Shown here piece after piece: positions 9,949 to 20,195 of a stretch of 64,000 bases of DNA. The notes beneath the pieces are model-generated. The model made no database searches. It saw only the letters and a list, made by a program, of their open reading frames with translations, and was not told the DNA's origin. Within the stretch, counting starts at the first letter, position 1, and each line of letters opens with the position of its first letter. The DNA comes from Candidatus Latescibacterota bacterium (GTDB taxonomy: Bacteria; Latescibacterota; UBA2968; UBA8231). A program made the translations under genes and the position numbers. Where the stretch lies: positions 256,001-320,000 of the forward strand of contig CBDCXV010000002.1 of NCBI GenBank assembly GCA_965223905.1. Reading direction: 5' to 3'.

Positions 9949-10466
9949 TCGGATATCTCGCGGATTTCCCAGACGCACGCAGATGCAGGAAAGCCCCTGA
10001 TCTGCATAAACCCGCGCCAGTGCCTCCCCCCAACATTTCGTGGCGCCGTAGACATTCAGCGGATAAACCGGCCGGTCCCAGCGCACATCTAGCTGCCGAT
10101 TCTGATACCCGAGCATCGACTGGCCGCTGCTGGCAAACACGATCCGTCTGCACTTGGCTTCGTGCGCAGCCTGGAAGGCGTTGTAGGCGCCGATAACATT
10201 GAGGGGTAGCAAAGTTTCAAAGAACTTGGCGGTGGGGTCGGGGTCTGCTGCCAGGTGGACGACGACATCGATGCCCTGACACGCCTCCAGCATCTGGTCG
10301 TATTCGGTGATATCAATACTCACGGACCGCTCATGGGTCGCCAGGTCCTGAACCGGCTGAACATCTGCCAGTCGGAGCGCGTAGCGATCACCCCACTGCG
10401 TTCGCAGGATGGTTCCGTAACGTCCGGCAGCACCGGTGATGAGAACCGTGCCCATATCCCGCGCCT

Positions 10467-11705
10467 TCAGCGCACGACCTCCATGACGCGATTCGTGATC
10501 GACCCCTCCTGAGTCAGGGCGAAGACGATGATATTTATGCCGAACTGAAGATGGCGGCTGCCCTCGTTGACCCCGGTGAGGCCGCTGTTTCCACCGTTCC
10601 AACCCGCCGAAATACCCTGATAGGAAAAGACTGCAACGAGCCGACCGTCCATTTCGACGCCGACAATGTAGTCGATGGTGCTGCGATCCTCCCCGGTCCT
10701 GGCCCCCACCGGTTTCGGAGGCCGGTCAAAATCGAAGTAACAGTGAAAGATGGGATGGTCGTTTGGCAATCGTTTGAACTGGGCGTGATGGCCTACCGTG
10801 GCCAGGGCGTCGCTGATCATCAGCCGCAGGAACTGATCCGCTTCGCCGTCGCGAGTTCCCGCATCGGCGAGAATGAACCCTCCCCCCTGCAAGTACCTGC
10901 CCAGATTGTTAAGTTCGCCCTCCGTGAGGGTGAAAAGCATGCTCGGTACGAATACCCAGGGCACGTCGAGAAGTTCCCTTGAGCTGAGCGAGAGCCGGTT
11001 GGAAAAGTCAGCGTGAATGCCGGTGAACTCGTTGAGCGCACTCACCAGATTGCCCATAGCAAAGGGGGACTGGAGAAGCTCGGTCTGGAAATTGCCGGAT
11101 CCCTGGACGACCATGCGCTCGACCATTCGCGCAGAATAGACCTGGGCGATGTGAAGATATCCTTTGATGTTGCGTTTGTTGTCCGGGTCCTGGATGACCA
11201 TCGCCTGATACTTGCCAGTGTCCAGGAAGTCCAGGTTGAGGAGCTGTTCCTTCAGGTCGATCTTGTTGTCTGGCTCCTTCGAAGTCGACACTCCGATGTC
11301 CGTCACTCCACCACCCAGATCGATGGCGACGAGCTCTGCCCCGGCGTCCAGATTTACCTGCGGTGCGGTCAACGAGCGCAGCGAGATGCCACCCGTCCCG
11401 GCGGTCACCAGCTGTGAAGTCCGCGCCTTCAGCTCGATCTGCTGCCGCACCATTTTGCGCTGGCGCGGCCGCGGTTTCTTGCGCAGCTCCATCGGCTTGG
11501 TCATGCGCGGTTGCCGCTGAATGAACCGCGTTGTCAGAGGACGAAACTCAGCTTCCCCGCCAAGCTCCATCGCGCGCATCATTATCCCAACATGAGCCAG
11601 CATGGCGAGGACAACACAGCCCACCAGCAACGGCAGCCCTCGGTTGAGCAGGCGCGTCAGATCGACGTCGGACGCCGGTCCTGTGAATCGGGAACTCACC
11701 CCCAT
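10467..11705 (-). CDS. N-terminally anchored DUF4159-domain protein (paralog of 25561-26835)
   Basis: TM helix ...VLAMLAHVGIM, basic/Pro-rich linker, C-terminal domain with LGRYLQGGGFILAD, LPNDHPIFHCYFDF and QFGINIIVFALT. Start MGVSSRF chosen by alignment with the paralog. Confidence 0.75.
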   Translation of the reverse strand: MGVSSRFTGPASDVDLTRLLNRGLPLLVGCVVLAMLAHVGIMMRAMELGGEAEFRPLTTRFIQRQPRMTKPMELRKKPRPRQRKMVRQQIELKARTSQLVTAGTGGISLRSLTAPQVNLDAGAELVAIDLGGGVTDIGVSTSKEPDNKIDLKEQLLNLDFLDTGKYQAMVIQDPDNKRNIKGYLHIAQVYSARMVERMVVQGSGNFQTELLQSPFAMGNLVSALNEFTGIHADFSNRLSLSSRELLDVPWVFVPSMLFTLTEGELNNLGRYLQGGGFILADAGTRDGEADQFLRLMISDALATVGHHAQFKRLPNDHPIFHCYFDFDRPPKPVGARTGEDRSTIDYIVGVEMDGRLVAVFSYQGISAGWNGGNSGLTGVNEGSRHLQFGINIIVFALTQEGSITNRVMEVVR

Positions 11706-11929
11706 GGCTTTGACCAACCTGCACGCGAGTAGAGAGGATTCGGGCGCGCACACCCACAGCCTTGCTACAAACGCAGCGCGAACACGAAGGGCACTTCAAT
11801 CTACACTATTCAGAACGCTGGAAGTCTCCGTAGATGGGCGCATCTCCAGCTTGCCACAGAAGTTCTCTATATCCATTTCGAGCGAATTGATATAACCCGG
11901 GGACCAGGGTCTTTGCCCGCAGCCCCGGG

Positions 11930-12158
11930 TTGCACTCGAGGGCTCGCTCACTCCCGGCCACACGGGCTCGAAAGGATCCACTCGCATGCGCCGTCTGTGG
12001 GCGATCTTTGGCTTGGCTTGGCTGGGCAGTCGTCCTGCCCGCCGGTATTTACGGGAGGTCTTCTCGTCCATATCCCCCTTGGCCGCGGCCAAGGCGAGGA
12101 GGTCTCTGCTGTGCAGGTGCTTCATCAGCCTTCTCACCTGGGTATCGGAATCATCCAA
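11930..12158 (-). mobile_element. IS21-family transposase (IstA) N-terminal remnant
   Basis: DTQVRRLMK...AAAKGDMDEKTSRKYRRAGRLPSQ...R.DPFEPVWP matches the IstA N-terminus. Truncated; no istB. Confidence 0.65.
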
Positions 12159-12234
12159 CCTCCATAGGATACAAGTGGTATCAATAATACCACCTGCGCC
12201 AGAAACGGGAAGTTCTGACGCGGACCGCCTCCGT

Positions 12235-13470
12235 CTACCAGCGCATGACCGAGCCGTCCAAACGCCGCATGTTGCCGAACATCTCTGGCACCTCGGCCGT
12301 GAGCGGGTACTTCGAGGCCAGATCTCCGTTCACTTCGATCCCCCACCCTGGCGCTTCGTTAGCCCACAGGTAGCCGTCTCTTGTTTCGGGCGTGCCCGGA
12401 AAGATGTCGAGCATCTGCTCATTGAAGGCGGTGCGCTCCTGAATTCCGAAATTGTGACACGCCAGATCGAGGGCGACATTTGCGGCGTGACCCACGGGTG
12501 AGACATCGGCGGGACCATGCCAAGCGGTTTTCACCGCGAACTGCTCTCCCAGGGTCGCGATCTTGCGGGCAACACTCAACCCTCCGACGAGGGAGATGTG
12601 CACGCGGATATAGTCGATGAGCCGACCTGTGATCAGGGGCACCCATTCGTGTGGACTGTGGAATTTCTCCCCAACGGCGATCGGCGTCGAACACTGCTGA
12701 CGGAGAATCTCGAAGTGGCCGATCTCTTCTGCCGGCAGGGGATCCTCGACAAAAAAGAGGTTGTACGGCTCCAGTTGCTTGCAGAGAACGACCGCTTCTG
12801 CCGGAGGAACGACTTCGTGTATGTCGTGCAGCAGATTGATTTCCTCTCCGCAGCGTTTCCGCACCGTGTCGCAGACCTTGACGATGGCCCGCATGTAAGG
12901 CCGGGGCTCGAACAGCCAGGACCCTTCGACACTGGCCGTCGTCTTCAGGACCTCTTCGCCGCTCGACTGGATGCGTACGTTGCGATAGCCCTCTTCCATG
13001 AACCGCAGCACTTCGTCGGCCGTCTCTTCCGGAGTTGATCCGCCGGCGTGGACGTAGACGTCGGCGGCGTTGCGGCACTTGCCGCCCAGCAACTGGTACA
13101 CAGGCATGTTGGCGCGCCGTCCTTTGATATCCCACAACGCCTGATCCACCCCGCTGAGTGAATTGTTCAATACCGGGCCGCTGCGGTAGACGCTGCTCAT
13201 GTAGGAAGATTGCCAGATATCCTCGATCTGATCGACGTCCCGGCCAATCAGAAAGGGCCGCAAGAACTCCTCGACCGAGGTCCTGACCGCGAGTGCACGC
13301 AGGGTCATCGAGGCGCAGCCGTATCCGTAAAGGCCTGGTTGATCCGTCTCGATTTTTACGATACCTAGGGAGACGCCCTGCAAAGTGATGCCGATAAACT
13401 TCACATCACGTATCCTCGCGAGGGGAAGACCTGTGTCGGTTGCGGTGCTGGCAACTCCGTCATCATTCAC
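12235..13470 (-). CDS. Enolase-superfamily sugar-acid dehydratase (mandelate racemase subgroup, RspA/ManD-like)
   Basis: Motifs IEDIWQ, RSGPV, DQALWDIKG..ANMPVYQLLGGK, LLHDIHE, FFVED, GEKF, WHGPAD, IQE. Confidence 0.85.
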   Translation of the reverse strand: MNDDGVASTATDTGLPLARIRDVKFIGITLQGVSLGIVKIETDQPGLYGYGCASMTLRALAVRTSVEEFLRPFLIGRDVDQIEDIWQSSYMSSVYRSGPVLNNSLSGVDQALWDIKGRRANMPVYQLLGGKCRNAADVYVHAGGSTPEETADEVLRFMEEGYRNVRIQSSGEEVLKTTASVEGSWLFEPRPYMRAIVKVCDTVRKRCGEEINLLHDIHEVVPPAEAVVLCKQLEPYNLFFVEDPLPAEEIGHFEILRQQCSTPIAVGEKFHSPHEWVPLITGRLIDYIRVHISLVGGLSVARKIATLGEQFAVKTAWHGPADVSPVGHAANVALDLACHNFGIQERTAFNEQMLDIFPGTPETRDGYLWANEAPGWGIEVNGDLASKYPLTAEVPEMFGNMRRLDGSVMRW

Positions 13471-13879
13471 AGCTTGTTTCCTGTCCTGATATGGGCGGGA
13501 ATATAGCCGGCGGCGACTCCTCTGCGCTGTTACGACCGTACGGAGAGCGCCGTCCTGCTTTCTCAGGCGAAGCGGTCAATGCCGCCGATGATGCGATACA
13601 CGGTTTGCACCGGTGGGCACGGGGACGCCCTGCCCAGGCTTTGGCCACGACGTAACCGAGCGTCTCTTCGATCTCCATTTGCGCCGTTCCAAGTCCTGTA
13701 ATGCGGACATCCGGTGGGAGCGGCTGGGCTCCCCGGGGAAGGGCGCAGTCGAGGTTTATAAACGATCCGTTACGTTTCCGACCGCCCCGCGGACCAGAAG
13801 GTAGCGATCTCGAGAGCATGCACCAATCGACCTCGTATGCTTGAACGCCGCCGCCGTCGGTCCGCAAGGCCGGTTCAGG

Positions 13880-14277
13880 GCTGGAACGAAAACGAACAAG
13901 CGGCCGAGCACGTCGTAGTCGTATACGACTATGACGTCGCAACCGGGTCGATCGAAAACCGCCAGGTTTTCGCCGAGTTACCGGAGGAAGGTGGAGCACC
14001 CGATGGACTGACCGTAGACTCCGATGGGTTCGTCTGGAGCGCCCGCTGGCCGGCTGGAGAGTGGGGAGACTGGACCCCGGTGACAAAGGAGAGCGCGACC
14101 CCAAGCTGCCGCAGCCGGTGGCCAGCAGTTGCTGCTTCGGCGGCGAGAATCTCGATGAGCTCTACATCACCTCAGGCGGGGAGCGACGAGGCTCGGAAAA
14201 AGCATCCCGGTACAGGAGACCTGTTCTGGGCGCATGTCGGGATCGTGGGTCAGGTGGAGCCGAAGTTCGCCGGCTGA
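13880..14277 (+). pseudogene. SMP-30/gluconolactonase/LRE family C-terminal fragment, frameshifted
   Basis: YDYD...NRQVFA...GAPDGLTVDSDGFVW, then a frame change to SSCCFGGENLDELYITS, then back to GDLF...EPKFAG. Confidence 0.7.
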
Positions 14278-14357
14278 AGGAGCAGGCAAAGCGTTCGCAC
14301 ACTCGTCCAGCCAATCTGCTCGACCCGTCGAATAGACTGGATATTCGCCGCCTTCCG

Positions 14358-16049
14358 TCAGTCCCCTTCGCCTTCGCGCAGCGTCACCATCCGGTTTACG
14401 GGGAGATCTTCCCACGAGTCGGCCTGCCCACTTGGCCAGTGCACCTTCACCCGCTCGACGAGCTTCTCTGCTCCGAGACCGAAGTGAATCCGCGGATCGT
14501 TCGAGGCCAGGTAACTGGCGCCGGAGACCACCTCCTTTACCTGACGGCGACCTCCCGACCACAACTCGATGCGAGCGCCGATGCCGTCGCGGTTGCTGCG
14601 CGTGCCAGTCAGGTGCACTGTCAGCCAGCGACCCGAGTTGTCATTGTTGCCGCCGTCGTTGCGCAGCAGTTCCGCGGGCCCATTGTTGTTATTCACCAGA
14701 ATGTCGACGTCGCCGTCGTCGTCGTAGTCTGCGAAGGCGGCTCCGCGACTCACCCAGGGAACCGCCGATGCCAACCCAGCGGCGGAGCTCACATCCGCGA
14801 AATGCCCGTCGTCATTGCGAAACAGCTGGTTGGGCTGTTTGTAAGTCAGCACCTTCTCCATCTGGTCGATGTTGTGGAGCACATGGCCGTTGGCGCAGAA
14901 CAGATCGAGGTCACCGTCGTTGTCGAAGTCGAGGAACCGGGCCCCCCAGGCCAGGGGCAGCAGGGTCGGCCCGGTCAGACCGGCAATGGAAGTGACGTCG
15001 CTGAAAAAACCATTCGCCAGATTGCGGTAGAGCGTATGGGTCTCGAATGAGAAATTGACGACGAACAGATCCTGGTAGCCATCCAGGTCGAAATCCCCGA
15101 AATCAACGCCCATTCCGGCTTCCACCTCACCACCGCCGTTGTGACTGACGCCGCGCATCATACCCGCCTCTTCGAATCGTCCGTCACTGCCGTTGATCAA
15201 CAACTGGTTCGCCACGCGGTCGTTGGCCACGAACAGATCGACATCGCCGTCCAAATCGTAGTCGGAGCAGGCCACACCGAGACCCTTGCCCTGGGCAATT
15301 TCGGTCATACCCGTTGCCGCGGTTACATCCCTGAAATGTCCTTCTCCTTCGTTGTGGTAGAGGCGGTCGGGGACGCTGTCGTAAGAATCCGGCCCGCAGT
15401 AGGCGCGCAGATTCCAGTCGTAGCAGGGGATGTGATATTCGACCTCAAAGTCGACGTAGTTGGCCACGAACAAATCGAGCTGGCCATCGTTGTCGTAATC
15501 GATCCAGGCTGCGGCGGTGCTCCACAGAGAGTCCCCGACGCCCGCCGTTGCCGTGATCTCGGCGAAGCGGCCGGTTTCGTTTCGATAGAGCGTGTTGGCC
15601 CCGAAGTTGGTTACGTAGAGATCGGCGTCTCCGTCGTTGTCGTAGTCTGCTGCCGCGCAACCCATTCCATAAGCCGTATCCCCTGCGCTGGTAGCGGCGG
15701 TTACATCGGTGAACAGTCCCTGTGAGTTGTTGCGGTAAAGCCTGTTGGCAGGAGGCACTTCATATCTGTACCCAGGAAGAGGGGCGCCGTTGACGAGATA
15801 AATGTCGAGAGAGCCGTCCCCGTCGTAGTCGAGGAAGCCTCCTCCCGAACCGACCGTTTCCACGTAGTAGAGTTCGCCGCTGCCGCCGTGGGTGTGGGTG
15901 AAGTCCACACCGGAGGCGCTCCCGACCTCTGCAAACCGAACGGATCGCCCCGGCGGCTCCGCCGTTGTGGGATCAGTCAGGCTTGCAGCAGCGAGACCGG
16001 CGCACAGCAGGAGTGGCGATCCTGCTCTATTGCGCATCCGCCGGAGCAA
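14358..16049 (-). CDS. CRTAC1-family protein (FG-GAP repeats plus C-terminal ASPIC/UnbV domain)
   Basis: Repeated DYDxDGDxD motifs; SRGAAFADYDDDGDVD; SNRDGIGARI...SYLASNDPRIHFGLG...VHWPSG. Confidence 0.88.
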   Translation of the reverse strand: MLRRMRNRAGSPLLLCAGLAAASLTDPTTAEPPGRSVRFAEVGSASGVDFTHTHGGSGELYYVETVGSGGGFLDYDGDGSLDIYLVNGAPLPGYRYEVPPANRLYRNNSQGLFTDVTAATSAGDTAYGMGCAAADYDNDGDADLYVTNFGANTLYRNETGRFAEITATAGVGDSLWSTAAAWIDYDNDGQLDLFVANYVDFEVEYHIPCYDWNLRAYCGPDSYDSVPDRLYHNEGEGHFRDVTAATGMTEIAQGKGLGVACSDYDLDGDVDLFVANDRVANQLLINGSDGRFEEAGMMRGVSHNGGGEVEAGMGVDFGDFDLDGYQDLFVVNFSFETHTLYRNLANGFFSDVTSIAGLTGPTLLPLAWGARFLDFDNDGDLDLFCANGHVLHNIDQMEKVLTYKQPNQLFRNDDGHFADVSSAAGLASAVPWVSRGAAFADYDDDGDVDILVNNNNGPAELLRNDGGNNDNSGRWLTVHLTGTRSNRDGIGARIELWSGGRRQVKEVVSGASYLASNDPRIHFGLGAEKLVERVKVHWPSGQADSWEDLPVNRMVTLREGEGD

Positions 16050-17769
16050 AGAAGATCAGCTGTGGCTTGGGGTGTACCGGAAGCTCCTCGAAGCGGCGCA
16101 GAGCGGCGCGCGCCTCGTCGGCCAACCCCAGCTTGAAGTCGGCCTGGGCGAGACCGTAATGGGCGTATTTGTGCTCCGGATTCCTTTTTATGGTCTCCTC
16201 GTACATCGCTGCTGACTCTTGTGAGCGCCCCTGCCCGTCGTATACCTTGCCAAGCTCGAAGTAGGCCTCCGCATATTCGGGATTGCGTTCAATCGCCCTC
16301 ACCAGGCTTTTCTCTGCAGCGGCCAGCAAACCGTGTCGCGATTTCGTCACACCGAGGCTATAGTAGGTCAGTGCTGAGTTTGGGTCGCGGACGGACACCG
16401 CTTCAAACTCGCCGGCAGCGCGCTCGTACTGACCTATGTTCAGATAGACGTGGGCGAGATTGTACTGATACAGTATCTCCTCTCTGCCGCCCTCGTCCAC
16501 CGCCCACTGCAGAAACTGGATCGCTTCGTCGTACTCACCGTGCTCTTTGAACAGGATCAGGGCGAGGTCGTTATAGGCTGGCGCAAATCCCGGATCGATC
16601 TGGATGGCGGTCCGGAGGGCAACCATGGACTCGTCGAAGCGCTCGAGTTGTGCCAATGCCAATCCGAGACCGCGATAGTTCGCGGCGTTGTCAGCATCCA
16701 GCTCGATGGCCGCCCGGTAGTGGGACAATGCAAGGGCGTGGCTGCGGTGGGCTATCGCTTCCTGGGCGGCCCTGCGTTCGATCCGCGAAGCTTTTGCCGG
16801 CTCAGTACCCAGAACCTTGTCTCGCGCGTGGAGCTCGAGGCCAAGTCTGGCCGATCGGTACAGGCGCGCTTCGCCGGCAGCGGGCCAGCCGCGGCTTTTG
16901 TACAGCCGGCCCAGATCGTACTGATCCCTGGCGATATCGGGGTGGATCATTTTCAGGGCGCCCCGTTCGATGTACTCCGGTCTGTTCTCCTTGAGGTCGT
17001 GGAGGCGCTCCATGGCAGCCTCGGCTTCCGAGGTCCTGCCGGCCTTGCGATAGAGTCGACTCAGTTGGTAGTACACTTCGAGGAAATCTTCGTCCAGGTC
17101 TCGGGCCCGCTCAAGCGAAGCGATGGCGAGAGAATCCTGTCCCAGGCGCGCTCGCGCCTTGCCCAAGCCATACCAGCACTCCGCCTGATCCGGATCGAGC
17201 CGGCTGGCCAATGCGTACTCTTCCAGTGCCTCTCGTGGTTTGTTTTTACGCAGAAGGATTGAACCGAGGTAGCGGCGGGACAGGCTGCTCATGGGATCGA
17301 TCTGCAGCGACGCTTGAAAGGCGAGCCGGGCGCGGTCGAGAATTCCTCGGAATTCATAGACGATGCCGGCGTTGTAGTGGTAAGCCGGATGACCTGGATC
17401 CAGTTCGATTGCCCGCTCGAAGGCGGCGCAGGCCTCGTCGTACTGTCGCTTGCGGGTTTGGGCGATCGCCAGACCGTGGTGTGCCTGCGCCAGCGTCGTG
17501 TCGAGCGCCGTGGCCATGGCGAAGTAGGTCCTGGCACTGTCCGTCTGACCTCTGGCGAGGAACAGGACGCCCAGTTCATAAGGCCAGAGTGCGTCGGCCG
17601 ATCGAGTGGCGATCCCAAGGCGCAGAAGCTGCTCAGCCTGTTTGAATCGCCTCGCCTCCATCAAGTGAATGGCCTGACGAAGATCTCGCTGCCCGATCGC
17701 CTCGAGGCCGGAGCTCACGAAAATGGTGAGGGCCACCACACCGGCAAAGGTAGTCCTCCTCCCCCTCAT
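16027..17769 (-). CDS. Secreted tetratricopeptide repeat protein
   Basis: Many TPR units (e.g. AYHYNAG, AYNDLA, AEAYFELG); signal peptide; ATGA overlap with the upstream gene. Confidence 0.85.
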   Translation of the reverse strand: MRGRRTTFAGVVALTIFVSSGLEAIGQRDLRQAIHLMEARRFKQAEQLLRLGIATRSADALWPYELGVLFLARGQTDSARTYFAMATALDTTLAQAHHGLAIAQTRKRQYDEACAAFERAIELDPGHPAYHYNAGIVYEFRGILDRARLAFQASLQIDPMSSLSRRYLGSILLRKNKPREALEEYALASRLDPDQAECWYGLGKARARLGQDSLAIASLERARDLDEDFLEVYYQLSRLYRKAGRTSEAEAAMERLHDLKENRPEYIERGALKMIHPDIARDQYDLGRLYKSRGWPAAGEARLYRSARLGLELHARDKVLGTEPAKASRIERRAAQEAIAHRSHALALSHYRAAIELDADNAANYRGLGLALAQLERFDESMVALRTAIQIDPGFAPAYNDLALILFKEHGEYDEAIQFLQWAVDEGGREEILYQYNLAHVYLNIGQYERAAGEFEAVSVRDPNSALTYYSLGVTKSRHGLLAAAEKSLVRAIERNPEYAEAYFELGKVYDGQGRSQESAAMYEETIKRNPEHKYAHYGLAQADFKLGLADEARAALRRFEELPVHPKPQLIFFAPADAQ

Positions 17770-20078
17770 TGAGCCCCGCTGCTTCCCTCCACGAGCATGT
17801 GTCGCTCGTTCACCGACAAGCCGGTGAACACCTCCACGCGCCCACTGGACCAGCGGACTTCGGCCTCTTCGATGGAGTCCGCTTCACCCAAGCCGATTTC
17901 CAGTTGCCGGCTGTCATTGACACCAAAGCCACCGCCACCGCTCACAACATGGTGGTAGTTCCGGGCGCCGGCTCGTACCCGCACCCGCGCGCCAATGGCG
18001 TCGCGATTGCTCAGCGTGCCGACCAGGCTCAGCGTTACCCAGTTATGCCCCTCCGTGTCGTTGCGTAACAACCGGTTGTTGCGGCGCTCACCGGGGAAAA
18101 AACCGCCGATTGGAACGTAGATATCCTGGTCGCCGTCCCCGTCGTAGTCGGCGAGCGTCACTCCGTGCCCCTTCTCAAGCTGTTCCATGCCAATCTGTGC
18201 AGCTATGTCAACGAAGGTGCCGTCGCCGCGGTTGCGCAGGAGTGCGTCCGGTTCGAGCCGCCCCATCTCGGCGCCGCCGTTGGCCAGGTAGATGTCGAGG
18301 TGGCCGTCGTTGTCGAAATCTCCGTGGGCGGCTCCTGTAGAGCCGTAGGCGTGTCCCAGGCCGGCCTTGTAAGTGACGTCTGCGTAGCCGCCATCTCCTT
18401 CGTTGTGATACAGGGCGGGACGGTTGACGTTGTGCAGGGTGCCCCCGCGAATCCTGCTGTCGGCGACTGCCGTGTAGGCGCTCATCTGACTGCAGAACAA
18501 ATCCAGGTAGCCGTCATTGTCGTAGTCGAAGAAGAAGGTGAAGTACCCCTGCACCGGGAGTTGTGTCCGCGTCTGTTTGGTCACATCGACAAAACGCACC
18601 GTTCCCGTCGTCCCGTCCGTGTCGTTGCGATAGAAGCTGTTGAGGCCAACGAAATGAGCGAGGTACAAATCCAGATCGCCGTCGTTGTCGTAGTCGCCGA
18701 GAGCGCTGCCGATCGTGCGGCCGGGCATGATCCCGGCTGTGGCGGCGATGTCTTCGAAGCGGTTTCCCCCGTCGCTCAGAAACAAGCGATTCCTCGACTC
18801 ACCGCCGGTGACTCCGTTGGTGACGACGAGATCGACACAGCCGTCGTTGTCGATGTCTCCCCATGTAGCGCCGAAGCTGCTTCCACCGTCCTCGACGCCC
18901 ACCTCGTGGGCAACATCGACGAAGGACCCGTCTCCGCCGTTCGCGTAGAGACTGTTTTGACCCCTTCCCCACCAACCTTTGCGGGTCAGGTACAGGTCAG
19001 GATCACCGTCGTTGTCGTAGTCGGCAAATACCGACCCGAGTCCCCACTCTCCGTCCAGCCCTGCCGCCTTCGCCCGATCGACGAACCCCTCCCCACCATC
19101 GTTGCGAAACAGGGCGTTGGCTTCGTAGGCGCCCGTGGCAAACAGATCGAGATCCCCGTCCCCGTCGTAGTCGGCCCAGGCGCTGCCCATACCACCGTCC
19201 CATTTCGTCGCGCCCATCTCGGCGCCAACGTCGACAAACCTGATGGCATCCGATTCTGGCGCTTCATGCGGAAATTGCAGCCGCATGGTGTCGTCAAAAT
19301 CGTCGGGATAGCCCCCAAGCTGCTTGTACCCCAGGTATAGACTCCAGCGCCCGATCGGGTTTTTTGGGCTCCCCTCGGCCGCTCTACGCAGTTCCCTCGC
19401 GGCCGTCTCGAAGTCGCCTTTCAGATAGAAAGTCATGCCCAGGCGGTGCCTGGTTCGAAAGTTGGTTGGTTTCTCGCTCAAAACATCCCGGTAGCACTCG
19501 ATGGCTTCATCCAGTTTTCCCTGCTGCAAGAAGACGTCGCCCAGGTTCAGCAATGCCTCCTGGTTCGCGGGATCCAGCGTGCGGACTCGGGCAAATGCAT
19601 CCTCCGCCTCCTCCAGATCCATCATCTGGTTGGCGCGCATGCGCATGGACCCCACTCCCATCAACGCCCCGGCCGATTCTGGCTCGAGCTTGAGGACACG
19701 TTGCAACAGCGCATAGGCCTCTTCGAGTCTTCCCAGCCGTCCCACTACCTTGGAGAGGTGAAAGGGGGCTCGCGGGCGTTCAGGATCGAGGCGAATTGCC
19801 TTTCGCAACAACGACTCGGCTTTGGTCAGCTCATTGTTGGCCAACCAGATCCAGGCCAGTGAGACGTGTGCATCGTAGTGAGTGGAGTCGATGGCGATGC
19901 AGCGGACGAAGAGTTGCTCGGCGCGCTTGGTGAGGCGCTGGTCCAGTGCCTCCATACCCTTCGTGTACAACTCGCTGATATTCTCCTCCTCGCTCGCCCA
20001 GGCTCGCGAGCCGAGGTTGGTAGCGTTGAGTGAGGCGAGGCAGATCCAGAGGGGAATAAGGCGGGGTGTCCTGTTCAC
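17766..20078 (-). CDS. TPR + FG-GAP repeat + ASPIC/UnbV protein
   Basis: N-terminal TPRs, DYDGDGDLD repeats, SNRDAIGARV...GLG...VRWSSG. Confidence 0.85.
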   Translation of the reverse strand: MNRTPRLIPLWICLASLNATNLGSRAWASEEENISELYTKGMEALDQRLTKRAEQLFVRCIAIDSTHYDAHVSLAWIWLANNELTKAESLLRKAIRLDPERPRAPFHLSKVVGRLGRLEEAYALLQRVLKLEPESAGALMGVGSMRMRANQMMDLEEAEDAFARVRTLDPANQEALLNLGDVFLQQGKLDEAIECYRDVLSEKPTNFRTRHRLGMTFYLKGDFETAARELRRAAEGSPKNPIGRWSLYLGYKQLGGYPDDFDDTMRLQFPHEAPESDAIRFVDVGAEMGATKWDGGMGSAWADYDGDGDLDLFATGAYEANALFRNDGGEGFVDRAKAAGLDGEWGLGSVFADYDNDGDPDLYLTRKGWWGRGQNSLYANGGDGSFVDVAHEVGVEDGGSSFGATWGDIDNDGCVDLVVTNGVTGGESRNRLFLSDGGNRFEDIAATAGIMPGRTIGSALGDYDNDGDLDLYLAHFVGLNSFYRNDTDGTTGTVRFVDVTKQTRTQLPVQGYFTFFFDYDNDGYLDLFCSQMSAYTAVADSRIRGGTLHNVNRPALYHNEGDGGYADVTYKAGLGHAYGSTGAAHGDFDNDGHLDIYLANGGAEMGRLEPDALLRNRGDGTFVDIAAQIGMEQLEKGHGVTLADYDGDGDQDIYVPIGGFFPGERRNNRLLRNDTEGHNWVTLSLVGTLSNRDAIGARVRVRAGARNYHHVVSGGGGFGVNDSRQLEIGLGEADSIEEAEVRWSSGRVEVFTGLSVNERHMLVEGSSGAQ

Positions 20079-20123
20079 GATTGCTGTCGCTTACCTGTCC
20101 GATAGATGTTCGCAAGCGCTGAC

Positions 20124-20168
20124 AAAAAAAGGAAACCCCCGCCGACTTTGTGGAGCCGACGGGGGTTT
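20124..20168 (-). terminator. Rho-independent terminator after the CBM9-like gene
   Basis: Minus-strand RNA AAACCCCCGUCGGCU-CCACAA-AGUCGGCGGGGGUUU forms a 15-bp stem (two G-U pairs), followed by CC and U7. Confidence 0.85.
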
Positions 20169-20195
20169 GTTGAACGTCCTGAAGACAGTGTCGTT

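Larger units (their letters stand above)
8259..10455 (-). pseudogene. NAD-dependent epimerase/dehydratase (uronate dehydrogenase-like), interrupted by ISL3
   Basis: 5' part starts at ATG 10455 (VLITGAAGRYG, YGATK, CVRLG). 3' part is ...SHRDAGQLFARCI...LGYEPQD (8259-8484). Removing the IS plus one target copy restores the frame: GNPRDIREGEVDPDVPCVSLSHRD. Confidence 0.85.

Noticed and set aside
9823-10602. ORF-track entry as a complete 259-aa protein
   Set aside because: Its N-terminal extension overlaps the DUF4159 gene and its C-terminal ~40 aa are read from the IS end. The real gene starts at 10455 and continues at 8484.
13463-13880. 213-aa minus-strand ORF and other short ORFs upstream of the dehydratase
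   Set aside because: No family motifs; overlaps the SMP-30 remnant; probably decayed or intergenic sequence.
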